Shown here in pieces: positions 39,988 to 54,076 of a stretch of DNA of 64,000 nucleotides (positions are counted from its first letter, which is position 1; every line of letters starts with the position of its first letter). The notes beneath the pieces were generated by a model. It saw only the letters and a list, made by a program, of their open reading frames with translations. It did not search any database and had not been told where the DNA came from. Both the position numbers and the translations under genes were made by a program. The DNA lies in NCBI GenBank assembly GCA_964016885.1, contig OZ024743.1, positions 371,442,001-371,506,000 of the forward strand. Direction: 5' to 3'. This stretch comes from Eledone cirrhosa. Taxonomy: Eukaryota.

Positions 39988-41344
39988 AAATCTGTCCATG
40001 CCTTGAACCCTGGGTGACACAGAAAATTCATCAAGCTCTGGATAGTGCATGATCACTTCAGCATAAACATTTCCATTGAGTAAAATATTGACAACAGATA
40101 CTGGTAAAACGATTACCATAACAACTAACATTTAATGCAAGAACAGCAACTTTTCGCCCATGTCAGACTTTACTCGTTTTCTGTTAGACCCCGGGTGGTC
40201 ACGTATAAATAGCAAAACAGCTAGTCATTTGACACAGCGGCTTAACAAGGCCCTTAGCGCCTCACTTATAAGTTTCTTCTTGTATGCATTCTTTTGTTCA
40301 ATTTTTTTCATTGATGTGCTCTCTTTCAGCGTTTTCTTACTGGATCAATGCGAATTCAATCTGATGCAGTTTTCTCAGCATTCTATAATTACCAAGCTTC
40401 TCATCTATATGGTACGATATGATAAAACTTAACTTCTTCAAATTATTCACCAAACTTCGATTCTACGGAATATTTACAGTGACTTCGCTTCGATGCTTCA
40501 ATTCGTTACAAAACATTTCACCACGTGCTACACACCGAGAAAATTGCTTCGTAATCTCCTTCAACAACAACAACAACAGACAATACTACTAGCTTCCAAG
40601 CAAGAAACGATAACATTCTTATACCAAAAATATTTAAAAAAAAACTCAGACACATAAAGAAAAGAAAAACTGAACTTTTTGTAAAGAACAATTATATGAA
40701 TATATATTTTTTTTACATGTATATGAACGTTCATTTTTTTTTCTACTGTATATGCCTGCATACACATACATGTTTAACATCAAATACACATCATTCTCTT
40801 TTTACACACAAACAGTTTGTTACCTGTATGTATGTTCTTGATTCGTGTGGGGATTCTGCGAGATCACCTTTCACCTGGTTGAGGTACGGCAACAGCTATC
40901 GACACATGAAACTCACCCACACTGGGACTAAACTCGCCTGGACCCACTCAGGTACGCAACTCAAAATTGCACACACTCATGTCATAGCGTAAACCTCGAC
41001 TCACTGGAGAAGCATCTTACTTATAATAATACATCGAGAGAAATAGTCCTCTGTATTATCATATCATAATCCCATACCGCAACCCCAAACATTCAGCCAT
41101 CCATACACAACAGTTCGAAATACATGATCACAACTCTGTATGTTTACAGTTTCTTCTAAATGTTACACACACACATGCATACACAGTTATACGATTTTTT
41201 TTTCTCTCTCCAAATTTATCTGCACTCGGAATACGGGTACAGTACCCACATTTTGTGTGTTTTGGGACACGCTTCTGGAATCAGATTTCGCTATCCCTTT
41301 TGTAATCGATCACTGTTCCTGCATCGATCTGGGTAGGGAACTAA

Positions 41345-41945
41345 TGTAGCGAAATCTGTCCATACCTTGAACCCTGGGTGACACAGAAAGGTCAAATTCC
41401 GAGTCACCTCCTTTTCGGCGTAAACAAGTTCATGCGTGGGCGATCCCTTGAGGCGGGAAACAGAAAACGACACCTATAAATAGCCTGTATGAGACCAAGC
41501 AAAAACAGAGATCGGAGCAGTTCGCGAGAGAATAGCTATGTAAAACATTCACCACTAACTACAGACAACAACAAACCTTTACTCTCTCTCTCCTGGTCTC
41601 AGACTACACCAGCATCATGAAGCAACATTAAAAACACCTTCAACCGTTATAACTCTTAATAACCTATTCTTTGTTCATTTAGGAAGGGAAGTGAAGTAAA
41701 CCTTTTATATCAAAAGTAAACCAGCGCGTGAACTGCGGTAAGATAAACACCAATCCTTCTTTCGCTCCGCAAACATTCCAATATGTAACTACAAAACATT
41801 ACCGCGGCCTGGCTTCTCACTTCAGCCACTGGACCGTGTCTTCTCTACAGATCTTAATTTGTTTGTTCATTTATTTTGGCATGCCAACCAACCAAGCTTA
41901 ATACACCCCTTCTCACCTTAAACATTGTTAATAAATTCTGTTACA
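41345..41945 (+). mobile_element. LTR-like sequence (possible solo LTR); first 45 bp also at 39981
   Basis: Starts TGTAGC, TATAAATAG near 41476, AATAAA near 41930, TTACA end; no TSD found. Confidence 0.4.
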
Positions 41946-42859
41946 ACGAACTACAAATTGTCGTCAACATTATTTTATCTTACTTCTAATGATAACTACT
42001 AAATCATTGTCTTCATATATATATATATGTATATATATGTGTATATATATATGTGTGTGTGTGTGTACATACATGGGTCTCATTTGCCTTAAAATTGCGA
42101 GGGGGACAAACCAACATTTGTTGGAGCATGTTAGTATTGCGTATCGTGCCTTTCCCGGGCCCTACCACATAAGTAAAATTTTAATTAAATTAAATTAAAT
42201 TCTAATTAAATTTTATATATTCAAATAAAGTTCAGGTATAAAAAAAATAAGCTTAAAAAGAATTTATTATATCAAATAAACAAAAAACAAAACATAGACG
42301 TTGGAATAAAAAAAATATAAAGTAAATTTATTGTCTTTTAGAACTTTCCAAATGTATTATATCTCGCATCATTGCTGTCAATAAATAATTTAGCTGCATC
42401 CAGGATGTGGGAAGAAGCAAAAGAGTCACTAACTGTGATGTCCCAGATAAGGCATCTGCCTCTTGACCAGGATCACAGGGTAAGACCGTCAGGTCTTTTC
42501 CCATCAATTCTGGACAACCCAGACGGTTTCAAAATTGAGGGGATGTTTGCTCGGGCCAAAGCTCTTCAGTGGTAATAGAACAGTGTGTGTATGTGCGCGC
42601 GCATGAGTTTGTCAGCATTCTTAAATTAGAGATGTGTGTGTGTGTCATATATATATATGTGTGTGTGTGTCACTGTGAATAAGTTAGAGACATATGTGTG
42701 TATCCCCTTCCTTCCTTCTTTCCTTCCTTTTACACACATACATTCACACAAACACACACCCATTTTGTGACGGATGGATGGACAGAAGTTGCTCAAATTT
42801 ATATACATGTGAATGGAGTTCCACTGAAGCAGCAGGAGAAGTTCAAGTATCATGAGTGA

Positions 42860-43430
42860 TGGAATGCAGGAGGCTGAATTAAGTGCAAGTATAAGGGCTG
42901 AATTAAGATGCAGTAATGCGCCAGCTTCAGCATTCAGTAATCAGAAGAAGGGAGGTAGGTGTAAAAGCCAAATTCGCTGTCTTCCTGGTATTTCTGCCAA
43001 CCCTTACTGAGGGTCATGAATCTTGGGTATTGACCGAAAGAATACAATTGCAAATACAAACGGCAGAAATGGGGTTCCTCAGAAGGGTCTTTGAAGTAAC
43101 ATTACTCGATAAACTGCATAGCTCAGAGACCAGAGAGTTACTCCTGGTAGAGCCGCTACTTCTTCGGATTGAGAGATCACAGCTCCGATACTATGGGCAT
43201 GTGGTTAGAATGTCTCAGGAAAGAATCGTTGGACAGATTTTACCGGCAAAACCAACCACAAGAGTCCCAGAGGTAGACCCGAGCAAGATAGTTGGATAAC
43301 ATCCATGAGCTTGGCTGGTCACGTTTTGGGATCCAGCTGGATCAGTTAGAGTTGTTTGCTTCTGACAGACTCACTGGAAGACTCTGCCCCCACGACCTTC
43401 TCAGAAATAAGTGGGCAAAGAAGAAGATAT
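42860..43430 (+). mobile_element. RTE (Expander/Rex3-like) LINE 3' fragment
   Basis: PTLTEGHESWVLTERI..AEMGFLRRV..IERSQLRYYGHV; (AAG)n tail. Confidence 0.82.
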
Positions 43431-44398
43431 TGTCAATTTACTTTTCAATTTACATATCATATCTATAAGCATATATATTTGCGTATAAAACCAATATGCA
43501 CACTTCATATGCTAGCAGAAAACTGCATGAAGGGCGGTTTTTCTGCTAGTCAATAATAATGATTGTCACACTAAATCAGCGGCTGGACAGAAATCATGAA
43601 AGAAAGCTTTAAAACCATCTTCATCACTTGTCTTAATCACTAGACTTAATGACGCCAGTCCAACCAAGCACAAAGGAACTAAAGAAAGTGGAAGAAATGA
43701 TGGACCACTTGCTGAGATTTAGTGGTAAACATCTAAACTATAATAAAGTAAGGAGCGCGGGACTGCGTACGTTTTATAATTTTTTATCCCATTAGTAAAA
43801 TAAGTTGGATTACTTTGAATAAATAATGAATGAATATTACATAATTTATCTACTAAATTTCGTGGCTGTTGATTAAATATATTTTGTTTATTTAAAGATT
43901 CACTTCTTTAAAATTTCTGAAATGTCAACACTTCCGGTTGGCCATCGCTTAAATAAACATACTAATTTTCTGTCACTAATTTTCTCCTAATGCAGTTTCT
44001 ATATAATATCGTCTTTTTTAATGTATCATTGATTACGTTACTGATTACATAAAACAGTGTAACGCAGTCTTTGTTCAATTTCTATGTATTATATATTGTC
44101 AATTACGATTTTATTTGATGTATCATATCTACATGTATATATACCTGCGTATAATATCAATATACACACTACACATGCTAGCAGAAAACCACCCGAAGGG
44201 TGTTTTTTTCTGTTAGTGTCAATAATTAGTATTAGAACTATACCCAGAGACTACAAAATCAACCAATCAGAAAACGGACACATCCACTAGAACCTAACAG
44301 ATAAGTGATTCATATGCCTGCTGCAATCACTACAGGATAGTTATACATGACCAGCTGCATATCCCCATGATTGCATAACTGCACTTATGATTGCACAA

Positions 44399-44449
44399 GC
44401 ATCTGATGAAGTCACATGAATAACGATGTAACAGAAATATATATCATGC
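44399..44449 (+). ncRNA. Minimal hammerhead ribozyme
   Basis: GCAT-CTGATGA-AGTCACAT..ATGTAACA-GAAA-TATATA-TC-ATGC; stem I GCAT/ATGC. Confidence 0.68.
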
Positions 44450-44685
44450 AATAAACAATTATGGTGAATTAATCCCACCTTAACTACTCTTATTTGATAA
44501 ATGATTACTCCGTCACTCCTAATCACCAACACCTACCTGGGATAAACTACTGACGTGAAGTGCTTTTAGATTGCTCGAACTGGCTTATCCTCATGAAGTT
44601 AAAATGTAACAACTACTTATAAACAACATATATTAATAAAAGATCGGAGGCCATATTCAGTTGATTCGGGTTTATTTAAAACTGC

Positions 44686-44742
44686 GTTATACATATTTCA
44701 CTGAGGACTATCTGTTATGATAGCCTAAGCTCTTCAGATGAC
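44686..44742 (-). ncRNA. Degenerate hammerhead motif
   Basis: CTGAAGA-GCTTAGGCTATC-ATAACA-GATAGTCCTCAGT-GAAA; cleavage-site register imperfect. Confidence 0.5.
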
Positions 44743-44747
44743 AAAAC

Positions 44748-44859
<112 letters not shown>

Positions 44860-45220
44860 AAAGAATAGAGGTGTAACACACAAGTTATTATATATTGGTA
44901 AACGGAATAGAAAATGCTGACAAATTGTTCACAGTTGAAAAATGGTTTAATTAGGAATAAAAGAGTATTAGTGATTGTATGGGTTAGTATTCAGTTGTGG
45001 TTTTAAGTTTTTAAGTTTTTACCGGTTGCGCATTTCTAAATGCTTTTCAAAAATAATTTTGAGATAGAGTGTCCGTGCTGTTTGCTCTGATCTGATTAGT
45101 TTTGGGAATTCTACCTGTTTTTATGTTAAAAAAGTGGCTCCAGCGTTACTTTGGTGTTGCAAAAATTCTTGTGGTCAAAACAATTTTGATTGGTCGGTAA
45201 TATATATATATATATATGTA

Positions 45221-45956
45221 TATAAATATAAATGAGAGGTATAGAGATTGTTTTAGCAAGAAGCTAACGGCATTCTATAACATATATGCGACTATAACGT
45301 CAAGATGGGAAAAGTAGTTAACGAAAGATTTAGGAAAAATAACTCAAACTCATCTCAAAAGAGAATCAGGATACAAATTCATCCACAGAATTTAGTAAAA
45401 TCCAGGGAAAAATCTATAGACCTTTAACTCATGATAAAATAAAGTTTGAAACACTTATCCTTCAATTTGGAATAACATCAAATGCTCTGTATAGTCTTAA
45501 AAGACTATTTCATGAAAACTTTCAGTGGAGATGGTCACGGTTGGAATTTCATTCATCAGCAGAGCTCAACAGAAAACCAGGGCTCTCACAGTAATATAGT
45601 CCGAAAAGGGGAATTCTAAAACTGGCTAGTTCGCCTTCATGTGTATTTATGAAAAAGCACATGAGGAAAAAACGGGGCTAGTGACGTCAGGATGGAAGTG
45701 AATGTTTATTTACAAGAAATAGCAGTCAAATACATTCTGAAAAAAAACTCTACAAAGGAGTTCAGCAAAATAGCAATAATTATCACAGTTTTTATGAAAA
45801 AAACCGGGATTAGTCACAGATAGTTTAAGCACTCTAGGAAAAGAATCCGAGTATAAATATAAATGAGAGGTATAGAGATTGTTTTAGCAAGAAGCTAACG
45901 GCATTCTATAACATATATGCGACTATAACGTCAAGATGGGAAAAGTAGTTAACGAA
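45221..45956 (-). mobile_element. Retrozyme-like element: 631-bp unit plus 105-bp terminal direct repeat
   Basis: 45221-45325 identical to 45852-45956; internal HHR; no ORF; (TA)n on both sides. Confidence 0.7.
45484..45565 (-). ncRNA. Type I hammerhead ribozyme with complete stem III
   Basis: GCTCTG-CTGATGA-ATGAAA..TTTCAT-GAA-ATAGTCT-TTTA-AGACTAT-A-CAGAGC; stems of 6, 6 and 7 bp; predicted cleavage after AUA. Confidence 0.88.
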
Positions 45957-45960
45957 TATA

Positions 45961-46076
<116 letters not shown>

Positions 46077-46112
46077 TTATTATTATGTAATAAACAACAT
46101 AAGGCAATTATT

Positions 46113-46168
46113 CCATTTACCAGTGGTTTCTTAAAAGCAAAAGGTTTTGCTTTCAATCATCAGAACGG
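46113..46168 (-). ncRNA. Hammerhead ribozyme in Penelope tail
   Basis: CCGTT-CTGATGA-TTGAAAGCAAAA-CC-TTTTGCTTTTAA-GAAA-CCACTGG-TA-AATGG. Confidence 0.82.
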
Positions 46169-46454
46169 TAAAAGCTGGTTTGTTTATTGAATTTGGATTA
46201 GAAAACCAAAAATGCAATCTATATGAAAGTGAGGCTGGAGAAGGGAGAAGGAAAGGAAAAATAAAATAAAACTACGCATGCAAACACACACACAAAAAAA
46301 CCCCCAAAAGCATACTTACACACACATACATATATACATATATATATGTACGCATACATATATACATATACACATATATATATAAAACGTACACTTACCT
46401 ACACAGACACATATATACACACATATACACATACATACATTAATACATATACAC

Positions 46455-46523
<69 letters not shown>

Positions 46524-46690
46524 TATCCACACACATATATATATGTACATATATATATATATATGTAGGAGGTGAGTTTTATTGTAGTACAATAAAGCAA
46601 TGCAGATATCGGATAAGAAGCACTCTACAGTTTGTAGGACTGGAGTATACATAATATAAGATCAAAAGATGGTTAAAGGAGTTCCATGTA

Positions 46691-46757
46691 TTTTATTATG
46701 CGCATTTCAAAAACAAACATCATCATGCAATAATATTTGTGTTTTCATCAGATAAAA
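46691..46757 (-). ncRNA. Hammerhead ribozyme in Penelope 1 tail
   Basis: TTTTAT-CTGATGA-stem II-GAAA-TGCGCA-TA-ATAAAA; palindromic stem III. Confidence 0.8.
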
Positions 46758-47785
46758 CAGGAGAACATGATATGAAGGCTAAAAAACACTTGTGGATAGT
46801 GCAGTTTTAAATCAACATATGAAAAGTGGTTTTAGATTGATGTGTGATATTGGGAAAAATATTTTATTTAGAGAGGGGGGGGGGGAGGATGAAAAAGGGG
46901 AGGAGATGAGAGGGAGAGATGGGTGATAGAGAGAAGGAGATAGTTTTTATAACTGAGAGGAGATATATTGTTTTACATAGAGAGGTTGAAAACCGTTGGA
47001 AGATAATGTATAAATTAAAAGAATTTGAAAATTAACGAAGGGAGGATATGTGCGAGGAAAAAATATTTTATTTAGGGAGGGGGGGGGGGATGAAAAAAGG
47101 GGGAAGAGATGAGAGTGAAGGTGGAGAGGGAGAGATGGGTGATAGAGAGAAAGAGATAGTTTTTATAACTGAGAAAAAGATATATTGTTTTACATAGAGA
47201 GGTTGAGAACCGTTGGAAGATAATGTATAAATTAAAGGAATTTGAAAATTAACGAAGGGAATTTATGTATGAAGATAGAGAGAAAAAAAAAATAATAATT
47301 GTGGATGAATATTCTAACGTCAAAAAAGTGTATGTTGATAAGTATTGTGGCAATTTCAAAATTAACGAAGAGAAAAATTATTAAGGTTTGTGTGTAGAAG
47401 GATTTGAGAAAAATAATGTGAAGTTAAAGTTTGTATATTGAAGGAATTGATAATATATGCGAATAAAGAGTTAATATGTATTAAGAATGAGTTCGTTGAT
47501 GGGGAGAAAAAAATAATAAATTAAGGATGAAATTGAGATTAAAAAGATTTATGATAGAGAGAAAAAAATAATAATGATTGCGGATGAATATTCTAACGTC
47601 AAAAAAACAAATGTATATGTTATGAAGGATTTTACAAGGTGAAGATAGAATGAGGGTAATGAGTAAACAAGTATTATAGAGTGTATAATGCCCTTTAAAG
47701 TAAGGTAGGAAGATGGGTATATTTTAAAGAGGTGTATGTATATGTGCCTTTGAGAAAAGATTCTAAATTGATAAAGAATTGAATA

Positions 47786-49145
47786 TTAACTGTATACTTT
47801 GTGAAAAGTCCCATGGAATTTATGCAGGCAGATAGAAAACAAATCTGTACGTCTATTTATTATAGAATCTAGGTTAGAGATAATGGTAAATTTTTCATTT
47901 AGGCAGAGATTACAGATTTTAGATAGAGAGCTGTTCAAGTATGAGGATGCAGAAGAAACCTTCTTCCAAAAGATGGTATATTTAATGTTTTTGTCTTTTA
48001 AGGACCATATGAGTTCTGAGAGAGCAGTGTTGGTTCTTTTAAGTTTGTATTTGAAAGATGAATGATGATTATAGAGACGAGCTTTAAAAGAGGTGGAAGT
48101 GGAGCCAAAATAGGTGAAGGAATTGGTGCTAGTTATAATTTTACATTCATAAATTAAGTTTTTATCGAGACAATGGTTGTTGAGAGGACATTTATTTTTA
48201 ATGCGGCAGTTGCAATTAGAGAGATTATTAATGAGTGACCTAGTGTTATCTATAGAAGGAATTGGATTGGAGAAGTTGTTTGCGATAGGAATAATAGGAA
48301 TAATAGTTTCTTGATTTAGAGTTGGATTATGAACATTTAGCGAAGTTGTGTTTGACGTTGTATTTGGGTTTACAGAAGTTAGCCTAGGGTTTACAATGAC
48401 GTCGGGAGTACTATTACTGTTATTATGAAATTCAATATTGGAAGGAAGAGATTTAGTATTTAGTATTTTATTTTTGTGTTTAGAGATGATGTTGGAAATA
48501 TTGGAGGATGTAGAATAAGAAAATTTGATGGTGTGTTTGTTAAATATTTTACTATAGATATGTGAGGGAGGGAAGCATTTATTTAAGGCACTAAAAAATA
48601 ATTTAGGAATATTGTTATTAATAGAGATGGAGAAAGGAGCATTATACCAGATTATGTTTTTGTATCTAGGTCTTTTATTAAAATTATTGGAATGATCATG
48701 ATTAATTATTCTACTGTAAGTTTTTCTAGAATTTGTTTCTTTACTATATTTGATTTTATCTGGATAGCCGGCTTTAGAAAGTGCGTTATTATAGTAATTG
48801 GCGTTAGCATCAAAGATGTTTTTATTAGAGGATATGTTAGATATTCTTTTTCCAATATTACTAACTATAGCATTCTTGATATTGGTAGGATGGTTAGATT
48901 TAAAGTTAACATAATTTAGGTTCTCATTGTTTTTATGGTAAGGGTAATATAGGCCAGTGTCAAGATTAAGAGATACATCCAAGAAATTAGCTAGTTTGAT
49001 ACTATTATCAAATTCAATTTTTAGGTTATGTTGGTTAAAGAGATTACGTATATTGTTCTTAATAATATTAAGGTTAACTATATTGCAATTTAGGATAGTA
49101 AAGAGTCCATCGTCACGATAAATTCCACCGCGAAGTTGAGGAATT
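47786..49145 (-). CDS. Penelope RT C-terminal part and GIY-YIG endonuclease (open, 5'-truncated)
   Basis: GGIYRDDGL, NFLDVSL, SNHP, IIWYNAPFS, CNCR..CPL..C, LIY..YFGST..FKARLYNH, CNLCLNEK. Confidence 0.9.
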
Positions 49146-49789
49146 TTCCGACACAAGTTGAGGAATTTTCTCTTCGTTAATTTTGAAATTGCCACAATAC
49201 TTATCAACATACACTTTTTTGACGTTAGAATATTCATCCACAATTATTGTTTTTTTTCTCTCTATCTTCATACATAAATTCCCTTCGTTAATTTTCAAAT
49301 TCCTTTAATTTATACATTATCTTCCAACGGTTCTCAATCTCTCTATGTAAAACAATATATCTTTTTCTCAGTTATAAAAACTATCTCTTTCTCTCTATCA
49401 CCCATCTCTCCCTCTCCACCTTCACTCTCATCTCCTCCCCCTTTTTTCATCATTTCCCCCCCCCTCCCTAAATAAAATATTTTTTCCTCGCACATATACT
49501 CCCTTCGTTAATTTTCAAATTCTTTTAATTTATACATTATCTTCCAACGGTTTTCAACCTCTCTATGTAAAACAATATATCTCCTCTCAGTTATAAAAAC
49601 TATCTCTTTCTCTCTATCACCCATCTCTCCCTCTCATCTCCTCCCCTTTTTCATCCCTTCCACCACCCCCCCTCTCTAAATAAAATATTTTTCCCAATAT
49701 CACACATCAATCTAAAACCACTTTTCATATGTTGATTTAAAACTGCACTATCCACAAGTGTTTTTTAGCCTTCATATCATGTTCTCCTG

Positions 49790-49856
49790 TTTTATCTGAT
49801 GAAAACACAAATATTATTGCATGATGATGTTTGTTTTTGAAATGCGCATAATAAAA
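49790..49856 (+). ncRNA. Hammerhead ribozyme, inverted copy of 46691-46757
   Basis: Same sequence on the + strand. Confidence 0.8.
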
Positions 49857-49888
49857 TACATGCAACTCCTTTAACCAACTTTTGATCT

Positions 49889-49929
<41 letters not shown>

Positions 49930-50399
49930 TATACATATACACACATACACATACACACACATACACATGTGTGTGTACAAGCATACACATACACAAACAT
50001 AGCCATACACACACACATATATATATACACATACATACATTCACACAAACATACAAAACGTACATACATACACATACATGAATGCACTCCTCTACATATT
50101 CACACACGCAAATAAATATAAGGAAAAAAAAAAATATATATATATATATATATATTTTAAAAATTTTTGACAGCGATACATGATCCAGCTAACAGGACAG
50201 ACACGCGTGGTAAGTAATACACACAAAAAAGCACGTATACATACGTACGAAATAGTAAACACATACACACACTCTCATACATAAATATACATAAACAAAT
50301 ACAAAAACACATACATACACATACATACACAAACACGCACACGTATACATATTAAACACACACACATATGTATATGTAATTATATACACACACACACAC

Positions 50400-50460
<61 letters not shown>

Positions 50461-50730
50461 TATATACACTCATATATATATATATATATATATACAAAAA
50501 TATAAAAATATAAACGCACACACACACACACACACACACGCATATACGTAAACACACATATACATACATAGCTAAACAATTATACACATGCAAATACGTA
50601 TATATCAAAAACACGCACAACCAAAAACAAATACACACACGCATACACACACACACACAACCACACACACACATATACATAAAAAAATAATAAACACACA
50701 CACACATATACATACATACATATACATATA

Positions 50731-50772
<42 letters not shown>

Positions 50773-50774
50773 AA

Positions 50775-51095
50775 ACAAAAAAAGTTCATTATTTAACGAT
50801 CGTTTATAGGACATATATGTGTTAGAATTGGCATGCATATTCAAAAGATCTATGTACAAAATTATACAAACTATCAAAGAGAATATACATACCAACACAT
50901 ATATATGCTGTCTTCTCTGAATACCAACACATATATATGCTGTCTTTTCTGAAGACAGCATATATATGTGTTGGTATGTATATTCTCTTTGATAGTTTGT
51001 ATAATTTTGTACATAGATCTTTTGAATATGCATGCCAATTCTAACACATATATGTCCTAGAAACGATCGTTAAATAATGAACTTTTTTTGTTTAA
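50775..51095. repeat. Fold-back inverted repeat, arms about 140 bp
   Basis: 50775-50913 is near-exactly reverse-complementary to 50954-51095; a short direct duplication lies in the centre. Confidence 0.9.
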
Positions 51096-51263
51096 TATAA
51101 GGAACTGTTTCATTGTTTTATTCATTATTTTTTAAATATTTTATCTTGACTCTGTATTCCGTTTATCTTTCACCGAAAGTGATCTCTTCTTTCCATGATA
51201 TCCGGATTACATTGAGTTCTTCATACGGATTGGACACTACCGTAAACTTTTGGTAGATTTATC

Positions 51264-51309
<46 letters not shown>

Positions 51310-51453
51310 TACGTACATATACACAAGTGCATACACATACACACACACATATACATGTGTGTATGTGTAAAACTCAGTATTAGAAAAGACAAATGAACCT
51401 TACATAAACGTATATATAGTAGTAAGGTAATAAAGCAACATAAGGCAATTATT

Positions 51454-51508
51454 CCATTCACCAGAGGTTTCTTAAAAGCAAAAAATGTTTCCTTCAGTCT
51501 TCAGAATG
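51454..51508 (-). ncRNA. Diverged hammerhead motif (family of 46113)
   Basis: CATT-CTGAAGA..GAAA-CCTCTGG-TG-AATG; position 17 is G, so probably inactive. Confidence 0.6.
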
Positions 51509-51599
51509 AAAAAAAGTGAAAAAAACCTGGTTTATCCACATATACATACATATACACACACAAATATACATATATATACACATACACAAACACACACAT

Positions 51600-51644
<45 letters not shown>

Positions 51645-51856
51645 TATATACATACACATATACATATATATATATATACACACATATATATACACACAAA
51701 AATACATACACATACACATAGGTATGTGAAGGGCAAAACAAAAAGAATATATGGTGGGGGGGCTAAGAGGAGGTAAAAATATAAGAGGAGGTAAGAGAGA
51801 AAAATTTTTTAAATATACAAGAGTACAGAAGCAGAAGTAAAGAGCAGGAAAGGAGT

Positions 51857-53015
51857 TCAAGGCGGTTGATTTATCATAGGAGTGTCAATCCAGTTACAGA
51901 TCAGATGCGATTTCAGATGAGGACAGCATCTGAAGATCTCAGTCTTTGAGTTAAGGCAAGCGGAAGCGGCTCTCAAGTTTAGCAAAATCCTATACTTTTC
52001 TGTGGTACACAAAGAACAATTCTTTGTACCCCTTTGGTACTCTCTCGAATGGTCTAATATAGACCAATCAATAGAGTACGGGATATTACTATCCTTGAGA
52101 TCCCATATCTTACTTGCGAGGGCCGTTGATGTTCGTTTATCAGAGTGCTTAAAAGAAGCGACATGTGAGTAAAATCTGGTTTTAAACCTGTCCTGGGTCA
52201 TACCGACATATCGCTCACTCCTGGCTGGCTGGTTGTTGATAACTGGCGTTATCTTAGCCTCATAAACGACAGATTTTGTGTTACATTTACCCTGCAATGG
52301 GCATCCATCCGGCTTCCTGCAACTGCATCCTGGATTTATCCTCGTACGGTTTGAACTGGTGATTTTGGACTTCATGGATGGGCAACAAGAGTAGCTGATC
52401 TTAATTACATTCCTATTAAAAATCTTATAATATCTATGAATAGGAGGAACATGTTTGTCTAATAGTTCAAGGAATTTCCTTCCTACATTAGTTTTGACAT
52501 TTAGAGAGAAGGGGGGTGTGAACCAAATAATCTTCCTTTTCCTGTTATTATGGTTAGTTTTAGGGGGGGGGAGTAGGTAAATAAGAAATATTTTCTGTAA
52601 AACCGCTGTTCTTAGGGGCTTTATTATAATAAAGGGCGGCTTTATTAAAAATGTCTATAGACGAAGATAAGGTAGAAATCCTACGGCTAATGTTAGGAAT
52701 AAGATTATTAAAAACTATAGGGGGATGGCAAGACTCTTTGTGTATATACCTAAGATTTTCATTAGGTTTATGATAGGGTTTAAAAGAGGCAGTAAGTAGA
52801 TCAAGATTAATATCAAGAAAGTTAGCATTAGTAAGGTTCGTATCTATAGTAATTTTAAGGTTAAGATTAGCAAAAGTACTAATTAAATCTTTACGGAATT
52901 TATCAAGATTATGGCCGTTGGTGGTATGAGAAACTGCTAATCCGTCATCACGGTATAAACCGATATTATGGGACGGAAATTTCTCTTTGAGTGTGTGGAG
53001 AAGGAATAATCCTAC
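51857..53015 (-). pseudogene. Penelope RT C-terminal part and GIY-YIG (frameshifted, 5'-truncated)
   Basis: IGLYRDDGL, NFLDINL, ESCHPP, CSCR..CPLQGKC, VVY..YVGMT..FKTRFYSH, CSLCTTEK. Confidence 0.9.
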
Positions 53016-53160
53016 TTTTTGATATATACGTATTTGCATGTGTATAATTGTTTAGCTATGTATGTATATGTGTGTTTACGTATATGCGTGTGTGTGTGTG
53101 TGTGTGCGTTTATATTTTTATATTTTTGTATATATATATATATATATATATGTGTATATA

Positions 53161-53241
<81 letters not shown>

Positions 53242-53699
53242 GTGTGTGTGTGTGTATATAATTACATATACATATGTGTGTGTGTTTAATATGTATACGT
53301 GTGCGTGTTTGTGTATGTATGTGTTTTTGTATTTGTTTATGTATATTTATGTATGAGAGTGTGTGTATGTGTTTACTATTTCGTACGTATGTATACGTGC
53401 TTTTTTGTGTGTATTACTTACCACGCGTGTCTGTCCTGTTAGCTGGGTCATGTATCGCTGTCAAACATTTTTAAAATATATATATATATATATATATATT
53501 TTTTTTCTTATATTTATTTGCGTGTGTGAATATGTAGAGGAGTGCATTCATGTATGTGTATGTATGTACGTTTTGTATGTTTGTGTGAATGTATGTATGT
53601 GTATATATATATGTGTGTGTGTATGGCTATGTTTGTGTATGTGTATGCTTGTACACACACATGTGTATGTGTGTGTATGTGTATGTGTGTATATGTATA

Positions 53700-53730
<31 letters not shown>

Positions 53731-54076
53731 GTACATATATATATATGTGTGTGGATATGTGCGTGTGTGTATGTGTGTGTGTGTGTGCGTGTGTGTATAT
53801 GTATTAATGTATGTATGTGTATATGTGTGTATATATGTGTCTGTGTAGGTAAGTGTACGTTTTATATATATGTGTATATGTATATATGTATGCGTACATA
53901 TATATATGTATATATGTATGTGTGTGTAAGTATGCTTTTGGGTTTTTTTTTGTGTGTGTGTTTGCATGCGTAGTTTTATTTTATTTTTCCTTTCCTTCTC
54001 CCTTCTCCAGCCTCACTTTCATATAGATTGCATTTTTGGTTTTCTAATCCAAATTCAATAAACAAACCAGCTTTTT

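Larger units (their letters stand above)
46565..49895 (-). mobile_element. Penelope-like element 1, 5'-truncated, with inverted copy of its 3' tail
   Basis: ORF plus HHR-bearing tail; 46655-47380 is inverted at 49145-49895. Confidence 0.88.

Noticed and set aside
39690-42600. Host exons
   Set aside because: No recognisable protein similarity or supported splice pattern; small exons cannot be excluded without RNA-seq
49146-49243. N-terminus of the 485-aa ORF (likewise 53016-53039)
   Set aside because: Derived from the inverted tail copy, not true Penelope coding sequence
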